Notes: generated by a model from the sequence alone, not told the origin. A stretch of DNA of 64,000 nucleotides from Schmidtea polychroa (GCA_044892525.1 CM097885.1:42658001-42722000), one strand, 5' to 3'. Counted from the stretch's first letter, positions 30,901 through 45,879 are shown. A program made the numbers and translations.

Positions 30901-31297
30901 AATTAAATTTATCTTAGAATTAGCATTAAATTATTAAATATTCATTCAATAAACATCAAATTTGCAAAAATGTTAGAAATCCACAAAAATAATAGAAATT
31001 TACAAAAATGATAAAAATTCATTAAAATGATAGATATCCACAAAAATTATTGATATTCACAAAAAATGATAGAAATTCACAAGAATAATAGAAATTCATA
31101 AAAATGATAGAAATTTACTTGAATAAAACCATCAACTCTAAAAATTATCAATGAATGCCTTATACAAATTTGCCTAAATAATCATTCAAATAAAAGCATT
31201 AAATGATCAGTACCCTTGCGACATGTTGAATGTGAGTAGTACCCTTGTGAGCAATACCCATTGGGGGGACAGAATATTTTGTCGGATAAACTCAGAG
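27954..31297. mobile_element. Nested 3.3-kb TIR element of the CTCTGAGTTTATCCGAC family
   Basis: TATATATA|CTCTGAGTTTATCCGACA ... TGTCGGATAAACTCAGAG|TATATA, with subterminal 15-bp repeats CGTAAGGGTAC(A/T)GGT. Confidence 0.8.
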
Positions 31298-31999
31298 TAT
31301 ATATTAATTAACTCATTCTTCATTGAATCAGTAAAATTATCATAAATTTCGATAAAAATTCTAATGTGGTAAGCAATGTAAAGAGAAATATTCTTTAAAC
31401 TTTGATAAAATTAACAATGAAGGTGGTAAGAATCATTAAAGTGAGGAAATTATTCATTACTCGATTCAAATGGGTGAAAATAATTTGTAGAATAATTCAT
31501 TAATGGATCATTGAATGGGCATAGATAAGAAGAAGGTTGATAAAAATGTTGATATATTAATTGAATTTATTTAAAATTATTTCATAAAATTCATAAATTT
31601 AATAAAAAAAAGAAATATTTGTGGGGAATAATTAATCAAAATCGGGGGGATATTAGTGATTAATTAATGGAAAATAGAGAATCGGGGAATATAAGCGAAT
31701 AATTAATGGAAATTCTAGGGGATACAAATGATTAAATAGTGGAAAATAATTAGTGGGGTATTGAGAATCGGGGAATATAAGTGAGAAGGATATGTAATTT
31801 AAACTATTTTATTACGTAACAAGCCGCGACTAGTTTATTACATAACAAGCCGTGACGAGTTTATTACATAACAAGCTGTGAATAGTATTTTTTTGAAAAT
31901 TATTGATTAGGTCTTTTTTTTTTAATTTTTGAATAGGTACTTTAATACCTTAATAATTTAAATGTTTTGATTTACACTAATTAATTTCTAAATCAATTA

Positions 32000-32770
32000 C
32001 CCTTTTCAATCAATATAAGTTAATATTCAAATATAAGTCTTCGAAAATATAAATTTTATAAGTAAAGCTTTTTTAAATAAATTTAAATAAGAAATTAATT
32101 TATTAGCAGTTATATACTTTTAAACTTATTTATGGAATAAAACATTAGAAATAAAAAAGTTTTTGTTGTATAAGTACTTGCAATAATAGCTATATATTAT
32201 TAAATTTACGATTCTACACTAAATATTTCGAAACGAATATCATAATATGAATTATATTACTCCTTTCAATAAAAATAAGATAAATATTCAAATAAATGAC
32301 TTATAAAATACAATTAAAATTAAATTCTTTACACTAAATTTAAAAATATAAGTTTTATTAGAAAATGTGAATAAGAAATTGAATTATTAACAGTTATAGA
32401 CTTTTTAAACTTAATGATGGAATTAGGTAATAGAAAGTAAATATTTTTTTAAAAAAAGACCTTTAATATTGTAGCTATTTATTATTAAATTTACTATTTT
32501 ACACTAAATATTTCGATTTAGAAAACAATCATCACAATATTAAATGTGATACTTCAATCAAAATAAGTTAATACTCAAATATATGTCTTATAAAATACAA
32601 TCAAAATTAAATACTTCACAAATTTTAAGTAAAGTTTTTTAAATTCTCAAATAAATGTTAACAAGATATTAATTTAATAATCATTATATACTTTTTAAAC
32701 TTATTATTGGAATTAAACAATAGAATGATATTCAAAATATATACAATTTTAAAATATAATTAAAATTAAA
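32000..32770 (+). repeat. About three degenerate ~290-bp tandem units filling the apex spacer of element B
   Basis: TATA(T/G)ACTTTT(T)AAACTTA..TGGAAT recurs at about 32111, 32395 and 32686. Confidence 0.7.
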
Positions 32771-33383
32771 TTACATACTAGGTAAAATGTTGGTAAAATA
32801 CCATTCACAGCTTGTTATGTAATAAACTAGTCGCGGCTTGTTACGTAATAAAATAGTTTAAATTACATATCCTTCTCACTTATATTCCCCGATTCTCAAT
32901 ACCCCACTAATTATTATCACTTATATTCCCACGATTTTCCACTATTTAATCATTTGTATCCCCTAGAATTTCCATTAATTATTCGCTTATATTCCCCGAT
33001 TCTCTATTTTCCATTAATTAATCACTAATATCCCCCCGATTTTGATTAATTATTCCCCACAAATATTTCTTTTTTTTATTAAATTTATGAATTTTATGAA
33101 ATAATTTTAAATAAATTCAATTAATATATCAACATTTTTATCAACCTTCTTCTTATCTATGCCCATTCAATGATCCATTAATGAATTATTCTACAAATTA
33201 TTTTCACCCATTTGAATCGAGTAATGAATAATTTCCTCACTTTAATGATTCTTACCACCTTCATTGTTAATTTTATCAAAGTTTAAAGAATATTTCTCTT
33301 TACATTGCTTACCACATTAGAATTTTTATCGAAATTTATGATAATTTTACTGATTCAATGAAGAATGAGTTAATTAATATATA

Positions 33384-36300
33384 CTCTGAGTTTATCCGAC
33401 AAAATATTCTGTCCCCCCAATGGGTATTGCTCACAAGGGTACTACTCACATTCAACATGTCGCAAGGGTACTGATCATTTAATGCTTTTATTTGAATGAT
33501 TATTTAGGCAAATTTGTATAAGGCATTCATTGATAATTTTTAGAGTTGATGGTTTTATTCAAGTAAATTTCTATCATTTTTATGAATTTCTATTATTCTT
33601 GTGAATTTCTATCATTTTTTGTGAATATCAATAATTTTTGTGGATATCTATCATTTTAATGAATTTTTATCATTTTTGTAAATTTCTATTATTTTTGTGG
33701 ATTTCTAACATTTTTGCAAATTTGATGTTTATTGAATGAATATTTAATAATTTAATGCTAATTCTAAGATAAATTTAATTAATTTCTTGATAATTGGATG
33801 TATTTTTATTGACTTGTTTTTTTTTTAATTTTAAATAAAAATTATTTTCAATGAGGTTAATAATTAGAGATTTTACAATAATGAAGTGGTAGGATAAATT
33901 TTTATGAGGATATTGAATAATTTTCTAAGAATTTCATGTTGACTGATTAAAAGTTTTAATGGTGATAAATTTAATTGATAAATTTAGTTAATTTCTTGAT
34001 AATTAGTTGTATTTTATTGAATAGTTTTTAAATAAAAATTAATTTCATTGACAATTAGGTTAATAATTAAGTGATAGAATAAATTTTTGATGATAACTTT
34101 GTAATATATTTGACTAGATAATTTTTTTCAATAATTTTCTAAGAATATTTATCAATGACTTTAAATTTACTTGATAATTATTGTAGGATATACAGAAATT
34201 TAGTTTGCTGTTATTGCTTGAAAATGATTGGTTGAATCGATGAAGAATTATGATCAATCAATATATATCATCTCCAGTATTTGATGGTAAATATTTGTAG
34301 AAAATTTTAGTAAATTTTGATCTTTTAGTGGGCTCTTATTATTTAGCTTCTAAATTATTTCAATGGAAGAATGCCTGGTGTCTTTAACAGTTTATGAAAA
34401 TTCATACTTTTTGAAGTTCTCTAAGGATATTAAGAGGATTGATATATATTAAAGGGTTCAAGTGGGTGGAATCTTTAGGGAAATTAAGGGATATAATCGG
34501 ATAGATGTTTAAAAGGGTAGAAATATTTGCTGAGAGATCGGATAAGATGGGATATTATCGATTAGATTTAATGAGAGATGGGAATATATGATTTTTAAAG
34601 GGATATAGTCGGTTAGATTTAATGAGAGATCGGTTAAGATGGGATATTGTTGGTTAGATTTAATGAGAGATCGGTTAAGATGGGGAAAATATGATCTTTT
34701 AAGGGGATATAGTCGGTTAGATTTAATGTGAGATGGGTTAAGATGGGAATATATTATTGTAAGGGAGATATAGTCGGTTGCTTTTAATGAGGGAAGGGTT
34801 TCGATGGGAATATATGATTTTTTAAGGGTGATGTTGGTAAAATATCAATGATTTTTAAGGAAATTGCAATACATTAGTCAGTTATGAATCAATAATAATT
34901 ATATCGTTTTATTAGGTTGTGATTAATGCACAGTAAATTAATTTAGAACAATGTTTTATTAAGTAGGGATAATGATCGATTTACTTGGTTTTGACAATGA
35001 AATCTTTACAGATAATTGGGATTGATATCAACTTTAATTTATTTTTATCTTTATTTAGGCGGAGAATGACAAAAGTTTAGAAATATGGACTTAAAACATC
35101 GACTAAATAAAATTGATCTTTATTGGAAGAAATCTTGATTTTAATTAGTAATTAAATCGGTTGAATATTGGTAAAAATGATCATTTGAAGAAATATATTT
35201 TATTGAATGGATAAATTTAATCTTTTAATGGGACCTAGTCAGTTATATTTATTTTAAATTTCGAGTACAGTGATTAACAAAAAGTTAATTATAACCACTT
35301 TTATCATTAGATTTTATAAATTATTTAGGGTTAATGATTTTACATGTTTTATAGGGAAATATTCGTGATAATAGGAATTAAAGTTAGAATTATAGTCATT
35401 TAAATGGGACTTTAAGCAATCTTATTAGTCTGAGGGGAATATATGATCCTTTACGGGTACTTATCATTAAAATATCAATCTTTAAATATTGATTTATTTA
35501 GGGGAAATGATGCTTTTTAGATGATTTTAATGAATTATTTGTAATAATATGAATTAAGGGTAGAAATATAGTCATTTAAGGGATTTTAAGGAATCTTATT
35601 AGTTTGATGAGAATATATGATCTTTAACAAGTATTTATCATTACAATACCAACCTTTAAATATTGATATATTTAGGGAAAATGATGCTTTTTAGATGATT
35701 TTATTAGAGAATTCACTTGGATATACCAATTATTGCCATTTAAATGAATTTACTGGTTTGTTAGATACTATCATTAGTTATCTAGTCTCTTTTGGAATTT
35801 AATGATAATTATTTTTATTGTAGATTGCTGACTTTGATAATTGTAATGAATTTATACTGATTTTTTTTGAATATATTGAGAAATCAGTCAATCAATTTGA
35901 GTACATGTATTACTTTAAAAAAAATAATTAAATTTTATTTTATTTAAATTAATTTATTCAATCTAAATCAATTATCTACTAGATCTTATTTCAAAATTCT
36001 TATTAATTTATTATCTTAGTTGATTCATATTAACTTGAATGATCAATGACTAGAATTTAAAGTTCTTTCTTGTCCATTAATTATATTTTTTTAATTTAGT
36101 ATATTTTGAATAATTTAAATTTTTACAATAATTTAATCAATTTTTACCAAGTTATTGATGCCTTGAGTTCAAATATCTTAAAAGTGCCTTGAGTTCAATT
36201 AATTTTCCATCTAATTTTTCAAGTGATGAGTATTTTTCTTTTAAAGATCAATTTGTTAGTACATAGTTGTTGGTTCTAGGTAGTTGGTTTCTTGTATTTG

Positions 36301-37157
36301 GTAGTTGGTAGTTGGTATCTGATTGACTTTTTAGATTTTGATAAGAAGATATTGTATGTGATGAAGAATATTTTGTATTTAATTGCTATTATTTTTATGT
36401 GTGGTTAGTTGATTGTTGGTACTTGGTATCTTGTTGTAAGTACTTGGTAGCAGGTATCTGGTTGTCAGTGCTCGAAGTGAGGCGGGATAGCCGGGATATT
36501 ATCCCGGCATTGATTATGTAGGCGGAATTGCATCCCGGCACTTCATTTCATATAATCTATAGGTTTATCCCGGTACTTATTTCATTTTATAGGCACACAA
36601 ATACTGCAATTAAGGTCACACATAGTACATCCATATATGTATGTATATATATATATTCTTTATTCTCGATTCTCTATTCAATTAAGAATTTCCCAAGCAG
36701 CAGTAATGGATAGGTAGGTATATTCTGAAACTTATGATTAAATGGGTGGACACCCCCCCCAAAAAATTTGTTGGACACCCCCCAAAGTTTTGCAACACCC
36801 CCAACTGAAAATTTCTGCATAAAAGCCTGGAATCCCGGGTGCCACAGCATGCCTATCCCGGCACATATTTTGTTCCACTTCGAGCACTGCTGGTTGTAAG
36901 TATCTAGTTGTAGGTTGATATTTGTTAATTTCTCGATGGGTTTTGATTGTGGTTGTTAGTACATGGTTGTAAGTGTTTAGTATTTAGTTGTTTGAAACCT
37001 AGTGGTTAGTACATGGTAGCTAATTAATGAGTAGGTGGGGATTGAGAGTGATCAATACCCCTACGACTAATACCCTTACGACCAGTACCCTTACGACCTG
37101 TACCCTTACGACCTGTACCCTTAGGGGGTCAAAACATCCTGTCGGATAAACTCAGAG
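33384..37157. mobile_element. Mirror copy of the nested TIR element, containing a hAT MITE
   Basis: Same termini as 27954..31297, inverted. Confidence 0.8.
36466..36889. mobile_element. hAT-type MITE, 424 bp
   Basis: Perfect 14-bp TIR CAGTGCTCGAAGTG and 8-bp TSD CTGGTTGT. The empty site is present in the opposite arm (about 28215-28225). Confidence 0.93.
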
Positions 37158-37580
37158 TATATATAATAAAACTGATCAACAATAAGTATTTATTGAATGC
37201 GATTTTTACATTGCGATAATAAGTCAGTAGTTATCAATTAAAAGAAGAATGTTTTGTAAATTAGAATTCATTAGTCTTTCATTTAAATTATTTTGAATTC
37301 CACGTGGTGATGAGTTGTGGTTTTTTGATGAAAATCAACATTTTTGTTAAATTTGAAAAGGTTTTTCTAATGATCGTAATTAAATATATTTTTGAAGATA
37401 GATAAAAAATTAATTTAAAAAGCATTTCATAAAATACAATAAAGAATATTTAGTAGTTAGTTGTAAGTATCTGGTTGTTTGAGAGTTAGTTAGTACGTGG
37501 TATCATGGTGTAAGTATTTGTTAGCACCTAGTTAAAAAATAATCAGTAACCGATTGTTGGTAACTGTTGAATTATTAGTA

Positions 37581-37681
<101 letters not shown>

Positions 37682-40600
37682 ATTATTATTATTATTATTC
37701 CATTTAAATTTCCATTTAAATTTTCATTATAAATTACATTTCTCAAAAAAGTTGGTGGTTATTCAATCTTTTGATAATAAATTTAAAAATCTTACTTTAG
37801 CTTTAATTTAAAATTTGAACCATTGGATACTTAATTTTAAATTTTGAACCATTGTTTTCTTTAATTTAAAATTTTTAACTTTAATTTACTTATCCTTAAT
37901 TTACCTAATTATTCTTTATTTCTTAATTTTACACCATAATTTACTAAACAACTAAATATAATCCTTATTTTCATATTTAACCAATAATTTCATGTGGTCA
38001 TCTGCTTGTAAGTGCTTGGTACCTAGTTGACAGTGCTTATTACTAGGTAAGTTACTTGGTTGTTAGTACTTGGTATCTAGTACCTGGTTGATGTTGGTTG
38101 TTAGTACTTAGTAGTTGGTAGCTAGTTGTTAGTAACTAGTTGTAAGTACTTGGTAGTTGGTTGTTAGTTGTTATCTGGTTGTGAGTAGTTGGTATCAGGT
38201 TGTTAGCTGGTTGATAGTACTTGGTATCTGGTAATTAGTTGTAGGTACTTGGTTGTTTGAGAGTTATTTAGTACTTGATATCTAGTTGACAGGGCTTAGT
38301 ACTTGTTATCTAGTTGTTAGTACTTGGTATATAATGCTTAGTATCTGGTTGATGTTGGTTGTAAGTACATAGTTGGTTGTAGGTACTTAGTAGTTGGTAA
38401 CTGGTTGTTGGTATCTAGTTGTAGGTATCTGGTTGATGTTGGTTGTAAGTACTTGGTATCTAATTGACATGGCTTAGTACTTGGTTATTGTCGGTTGTTA
38501 TTATTTGGTATCTTGTACTTGGTATCAGGTAACTGGTTGTTAGTATCTAGTTTTAGGTAACTGGTTGCAAATACATGTTCGTAAGTTACTGGTTGTTGGT
38601 ACTAAGTTGTTGGTTTGTTGTTGAATTATTATTAAAATTTGTCTTTGAAAAATATTTCATAAAAATTTTCATTAAAAATTATCTTAAAAATTTCCATCTA
38701 AAATTATCATTGAAAAATATTTCTTAAAAATTTCCATTAAAAATTAACTTAAAAAATTATTCCATAAAAATTTCCATTAAAAATTACCATTGAAAAATAT
38801 TTCATTAAAATTTTCATTAAAAAATTTCAATTCTCAAACACCTTCTATTATTTCTACTTTTTGTTAATAAATTTTAAAATCTTACTTTAATTTACTTATT
38901 ACATTACTTTAATTTACTTATTTAAAAATTATTACTTTAATTTACTTATTTAAAATTTTTTTACCATTGATTACTTAATTTTAAAATTTGGACCATTATT
39001 TACTGTAATTTAATTTTTAAGAACCTTAATTTACTTTAATTTAAAAATTTGGACCATTATTTACTTTAATTGAAAAATTTGGACCATAATTTACTTTAAT
39101 TTAATTTTTAGAACCATAATTTACTGTAATTTAATTTTTTTAGAACCATTATTTACTGTAATTGAAAAAATTGGACCATTATTTACTTTAATTGAAAAAT
39201 TTGGACCATTATTTACTTTAATTGAAAAATTTGGACCATAATTTACTTTAATTTAATTTTTTAGAACCATTATTTACTTTAATTGAAAAATTTACCACGT
39301 TTTTTAGTGTAGACCACCTTTTTCTCAGGTCCAAGGAGACTCACCTCAATATAGTCTGAAAAATCCTTGGCTTTTTTAGTGTAGACCGCCTATTTGTATT
39401 GAAAATATCCTGAGACCTTAAATTACCATGCTTTTTTTAGTGTAGACCAGCTTTTTGTATTGAAAATATCCCGAGACCTTAAATTACCATGCTTTTTAGT
39501 GTAGACCACCTATTTCTCAGGACCAAGGAGACTCACCTCACTATAGTCTGAAAAATCCTTGGCTTTTTTAGTGTAGACCACCTATTTGTATTGAAAATAT
39601 CCTGAGACCTTAAATTACCATGCTTTTTTAGTGGTAGTCGGATTTTTGTATTGAAAATATCCTGAGACCTTAAATTACCATGCTTTTTTTAGTGTAGACC
39701 AGCTTTTTGTATTGAAAATATCCCGAGACCTTAAATTACCATGCTTTTTAGTGTAGACCACCTATTTCTCAGGACCAAGGAGACTCACCTCACTATAGTC
39801 TGAAAAATCCTTGGCTTTTTTAGTGGTAGTCGGATTTTTGTATTGAAATTCCCAGGACCATCGAGACCCCTTCACTATAGCGTGAATAATCCAGGCTTTT
39901 TATTGGTAGTCGGATTTTTGTATAGAAAATTTTTTTTTGTATTGAAAATCCCAGGACCAAGGAGACCCACCTGAATTGACCTAGAAAATTCCATGCTTTT
40001 TTAGTGGTAGTCGGATTTTTGTATTGAAAATCCCAGGACCATCGAGACCCCCTCACTATAGTCTGAAAATTCCATGCTTTTTTATTGATAGTCGGATTTT
40101 TGTATAGAAAAAAATTTTTTGTATTGAAAATCCCAGGACCATCGTTTTTGTATTGAAAAAATTTTATTTGTTTTGAAAATCCTAGGACCATCGAGACCCC
40201 CTCACTATAGTGTGATAAATCCTTGGCTTTTTAGTGTAGACCACTTATTTGTATTGAAAATATCCTGAGACCTTAAATTACCATGCTTTTTAGTGTAGAC
40301 CACCTTTTTCTCAGGACCAAGGAGACTCACCTCACTATAGCGTGATAAATCCTTGGCTTTTTTATTGATAGTAGGATTTTTGTATAGAAAATATTTTATT
40401 TGTATTGAAAATTCCAGGACCATCGTTTTTGTATAGAAAAAATTTTATTTGTATTGAAAATCCCAGGACCATCGTTTTTGTATAGAAAAAATTTTATTTG
40501 TATTGAAAATCCCAGGACCATCGAGACCCCCTCACTATAGTCTGAAAATTCCTTGGCTTTTTTATTGATAGTCGGATTTTTGTATTGAAAAAATTTTTTT

Positions 40601-41367
40601 TGTATTGAAAATCCCAGGACCATCGTTTTTGTATAGAAAAATTTTTTTTGTATTGAAAATCCCAGGACCATCGAGACCCCCTCACTATAGTCTGAAAATT
40701 CCATGCTTTTTTAGTGAGACCGCCTTTTTGTATTGAAAAAATTTTATTTGTATTGAAAATCCCAGGACCATTGTTTTTGTATAGAAAAATTTTTTTTTTG
40801 TATTGAAAATCCCAGGACCATCGAGACCCCCTCACTATAGTCTGAAAATTCCATGCTTTTTTAGTGGTAGTCGGATTTTTGTATAGAAAAATTTTTTTTG
40901 TATTGAAAATCCCAGGACCATCGTTTTTGTATAGAAAAAATTTTTTTGTATTGAAAATCCCAGGACCATCGAGACCCCCTCACTATAGTGTGAAAAATTG
41001 CGTAATCAAAAGTTGCAGCAAAAAAAAAGTTGCAGCAAAAAAAAAGTTGCAGCAGAACCCCCCCCCCGGGGGGGTCATTGCTGCAGTGCGCTACTATCTA
41101 CCTACTAGTATATACGGTATTTAATAACTTGAATAATGATCTCATAATTATATAAAATCAAAATTTAAGCCTTAAAAGTTATTTAAAATTAAAAATCTTA
41201 CTTGAAAATTATTTATAAAATTGAATAAATAAAGTTACAAACTTCATTTTCTCATAAACTGGTGTACACACTGACGTGTATTATAGAAACTTATAAAGTG
41301 TGTATATAAAGTGTGTGTATTATAAAGTGTGTAAGATTTAACAAAAAATTCGAGAAGAAATTTATCT

Positions 41368-42935
41368 ATGGATATAAAATTGAAAGTAATTCGAAAAATA
41401 GAAAATGTGGAACGTCAAGTAGATCTAAGCCGTGAATTGAATTTACCCGGTTCAACTGTTAGAAAAATTATGCAAAAGGCTGAGAAAATTAAAAGATCTT
41501 TGCAATCAACAACACCACTTTCACCTACAAAAACCTCTCGAATGCGTAACACAATGATTGAAAAAATGGAAAAACTGTTGACTTACTGAATAGAAGACCA
41601 AAATAATAGAGATATGTCATTGAGTCAAGCAGTCATGATGGAAAAAGCAAGAGGTTTATTTGAAGAGTTAGAGAAACAAATCTCTGACGAACCTTCTACT
41701 AGCTCATCAGTAGAAACGTTTGCAGCAAGCCGAGGATGTTTCGAGAAATTTAAGATTCGTGCTAATATTCACAACATAAAAATTTGTGTGAGAAGCCGCT
41801 AACGCCGATGTAGGTGCCGTGAAAGATTTTACTAAATCTTTAAAATCGATGATAGCGGAGAAAAAATATCCCTCCGAATTAATATTCAACGTAGATAAGA
41901 CAGGGTTATTTTGGAAAAAAATGCCTTCCAAAACGTTTATTTCTAAAAATGCGAAGCGATCTCCTGGATTTAAAGCGGTAAAGATCGGCTTACCCTTTTA
42001 TTAGGTGGGAACGCTTCAGGCGATTTTAAATTGAAACCGTTGTTGCTGTATTAGTCGGAAAATCCTCGGGCAATGAAGGGTTACTCCAAGGATAATTTAC
42101 CTGTCATTTGGATGTCCAATCGTAAGGCCTGGGTTATGGCTGCTATTTTTGAGCTATGGTTTGTGAAATATTTCTGCCCGGCAGTAAAAGATTATTGCGA
42201 GAGTAAGAAACTAGAATCCAGAGCTCTTTTAATAATTGACAATGCACCTGGGCATTCAAAAAATATAGCTGCGCTTTCAAAAACCATACCTGTGGAAGCT
42301 ATTTTTTTACCTATGAATACGACTTCTTTGATTCAACCGATGGACCAGGGAGTTATAGAGAATTTTAAAGCCTATTATCTTCGGCGTATATTAAAGCAAC
42401 TTTTACATGCAGTTGATGTACAAAAGGAAAAAATTTTGAAATTTGGAGAAGTTTCAATGTTTGGAATAAAATTCTTCTTAAAGAAAATGAAAATTCTGTG
42501 CCCGATAACTTAGACTCCATTATTGTGGAAACACTGCAAATTCCGCATTATGTTGGGTTCGACGATCTAATGAACGAAGACATAGAAGAGATAATCAATT
42601 TGCATGATGCAGGCCTTTCCAATGAAGATTTAATTGAAATCGGAGACGAATCATACCAAAACCACGAAAGTGAAGATGATAAAAATGTAGAGCCGGTAAT
42701 GAAATTGATAAAAAAGGTTTTACAAGAAAATTTAGAAATAATTGCCAAAGCTTTAAATGTTCTAACTGACAATGACCATGATTATGAACCCGCTGGTTTT
42801 ATTAAGAGAGATTTTTCAAAAAGTCTTACTCCGTACACTGAAATTTTAAAAGAGAAACAATCGAATCGGCAACAGTCTAAATTAGACTTGTTTTTTACGG
42901 AATATGTAGAATTTAATTTAGTTTTTCTATTTTGA
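41368..42935 (+). pseudogene. pogo/Tigger (CENP-B-like) transposase, disrupted
   Basis: HTH N-terminus, ASRGCFEKFK, IFNVDKTGLFWK, LIIDNAPGH and TTSLIQPMDQGVI, broken by stops and frameshifts. Possible right TIR near 43215-43238. Confidence 0.92.
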
Positions 42936-43364
42936 ATTTCATCATGTTATTATTTTATGTTTTTGATACATACATATGTATTTAATTTACATAATGAAAA
43001 CTTATTTATTGAAGAAGTATCGAATATTTTTATTTTGAAGTATATATTGAACTGAATTAAATGTATGTACATTCAATTTATTGATTAAAAATGAATTAAA
43101 AATAATAAAAAATGGTATTTATTTAACACAGAAGTAACGTAACCCATAAAGTTTAGTTGCTTGCCTCCTATAGAGCTGTTTTCTATTACGCTCAATTTCC
43201 AGGAACACATATAAAGCGTTGTACGAGGTATTAATGTACTTTAAAAAGAACTATTTTAAATATAAAAGAAAACCTAAAGATTTCAAAAAAAAAGAGAACG
43301 TATTTCCCAATTTATATTAAAATAAAGAGTTAGGCTAAATAAAATGTTTTTAAAATAAATTTCA

Positions 43365-44450
43365 CTAACTTGTAGAAGCTTTAGTTGTTGATTCGGTGGT
43401 TGTTTCTGTAGTAGTGCTTTCAGTTGTTGTTGTAGGAATAGTTGTCGTTGTAGTAGTTGTTGAAACAGTTGAAGCCACTGTAGAAGCTAATTTACAAAAA
43501 AATTGTTATGATCTTAAATTAAATTTATTAATCGTTACAAGTTTTTTTTAAGTTTTTTAGTCTAAAGTTTTTATATTAAAATTAATTATATATATTTTCA
43601 ATTTATCTTCTAATTTGCAATTGTTTTAATTAGAAATGATAAACAATTCGAATTTAAATTTATAAGTTACTTTATCGTAAGCAATAAAAAATTAGAAGAA
43701 AGATTAATTAATAAATTAGTAAAACTAATTGAATATTGTGTTGTTTATTTTTACTTTTTAATGTTTTTGGTTCATATGGAGGCAATGTTGTAATTTTGTC
43801 TACGCAATCGACATGTTGTAAATCTAGAATATTTCATGTTAAAAAGCGTTCTAAGTATCAATTAACGAGTTACATAGCTCAAATGTGGAAGCAAGGGTGA
43901 AGTTAAAAATATTATTAGCATTCTGTTCGACTTTTGGGGACTCGGCGCTTGTTACTCCTTGCCCGTTGAAGCTGAATGAATGTTCCGTGTCAACTGTTAA
44001 ACTGTATTCTTGAAAAGTGTTTTTGCTGAACTTCCAAAAGAGAACATTTTTCCGGTTTCCTATTTCTAACAACTTTAAATAGTTATCAAATTCAAACCCG
44101 ATAACGTTGAGAAATTCATTCGGTCCGTGACATCCGTACGCCGATTGGATGAGATGGGAATCGGTTTTTCGATAAGGGCGAATCCTCCAGATGAAGTCCC
44201 GGAAAAATGAGTATTGGTTGGAGAGGAACAAACAAGTTCCGAGTTTATGAATGTTATTATTGTAATAGACTACTGGCTGTAATTGATCATATTCATCGTT
44301 ACTTCTGAAGTTTCTTTTGATCCGGTAGAAACCGTCAAGGATTTCTGAAATTAGTTAATAAGGAATTTGTTTTATCGGAGTTTTTTTCCAACCTTGCGCA
44401 TTAATGAAAACTGGTATTAAAATCCAAATTTTTAGTAAACCTGAAACCAT
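43365..44450 (-). CDS. Putative secreted protein with a Thr-rich mucin-like tail, about 4 exons
   Basis: Signal-peptide-like MVSGLLKIWILIPVFINA. A 48-nt intron (44345-44392) joins it in frame to ORF 43851..44231. A downstream exon reads ASTVASTVSTTTTTTTIPTTTTESTTTETTTESTTK; later splice sites are approximate. Confidence 0.65.
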
Positions 44451-44790
44451 TGATATTAAATTTGATGACAAACTGTCAGTAAAAGTGATGAAAACTGATG
44501 CTATTTAAGGTGACCGTCGGTTGAATGAAGGCTAAATGCATTTTAAGGTCTGATTTTTCTTTCAAACGTTCATTATTAATTGAATGACGATTAAAACAAA
44601 ACACTAAAAATGTTTTACTATTAAATTTTAATAAATTTTTTTACCCTGATTAATTTCAAACTAGAAAATAAATTTTGGGTAACTAAATGTCCCAGGACAG
44701 CGTAGGTATGGGAGCTAGACTAATACTGCTTCTGCATATGGCGCAGTATCTCAAAATGCAAAGAAACAATCATTTTTTTAATAAATGAAA

Positions 44791-45132
44791 TTAATTTGTA
44801 ATAACTGTAGGTTTTTTAACTATATGGTGAAAATTGTGAACGCAACTTCTACAAATTTCGTCTACATTATTTGGAATCTTCTTCACAGTGGTAAAGCGTC
44901 GGGAAACCAAATTGTTTCGCTTTTTAAAGCGTTCAACCCATTTGGATGATGCTAGAAACTTTTTCAAGTGCTCATTATTGTTTTGTGCCATAATCTTATT
45001 TCGAACTGACAAAGCATTCGATTGAATATATTTTTTGTTTACACGTAATCCCTTTATATTTTGAAACAAAACCCACTCCAGAATTTTTTTCCTCAATTTC
45101 TTCATACTCAATTTGCCTTCCGCCACCAGCAA
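44791..45132 (-). pseudogene. pogo-like transposase CENP-B/Tc5 DNA-binding fragment
   Basis: ILEWV...FLASSKWVERFKKRNNLVSRRFTT. Confidence 0.75.
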
Positions 45133-45879
45133 ATTTTTGTTGGGTTATTACTGTTAAAGTCGGTACTGATTCTGACTTATCGTCTTCTTTGTCTCAATTA
45201 TCAAAATAGAACCCAACACAAAAACACTATTAAATATCAATAAATTTTGACACAAAGTTCTCATTTACACCATTTAGTTCTGCACTCTGTAGTAAAATCA
45301 AAAGCAGGTGACCCTAAGGGAGACCGCCTTGTTCAGAATTAGTAAAGCTACTTGATATTTACTCATAATCCTTTCTTCGATCAATTGGCCTTTGTCCAAC
45401 AATCATTTGCTTTTATATTGCTATTCATCGCGCTTGCCCACACAATCAAATTATTATCGACGAAATATTCGAAAAGTAGAATAATTGAATAGATGCTCTA
45501 TCGCCTTTGTTCGCAGGTCTCGTTTTAATATTGGACTTTTATAGGTTTTTGCATTTTTTTGATTTGCACATTCCAAATTATTTGAGCTTATTTTCTACGA
45601 ACCCCAACATTTTCAGTAAATATTTTGTTACAAATCATACATTTATTATTTCACTGTAAAGAAAACTGATTGGTTTCATAGAGTCTACACTTTTCTTTGA
45701 GAGGCGTAAATTTTGTTCCTTGCCTAGGGCGCAAGTTTGGATTGTCTTGCCTCTGTCCTAAAATGTATAAACTCAAAAATTAAATTAATTAATTAAAAAA
45801 TTAACGTAATTAATTATTTCTTTGATTTTAACTTTTTATTTCGTATTTTTTTGTTTAACTCTTTGACAATTATTCGGAT

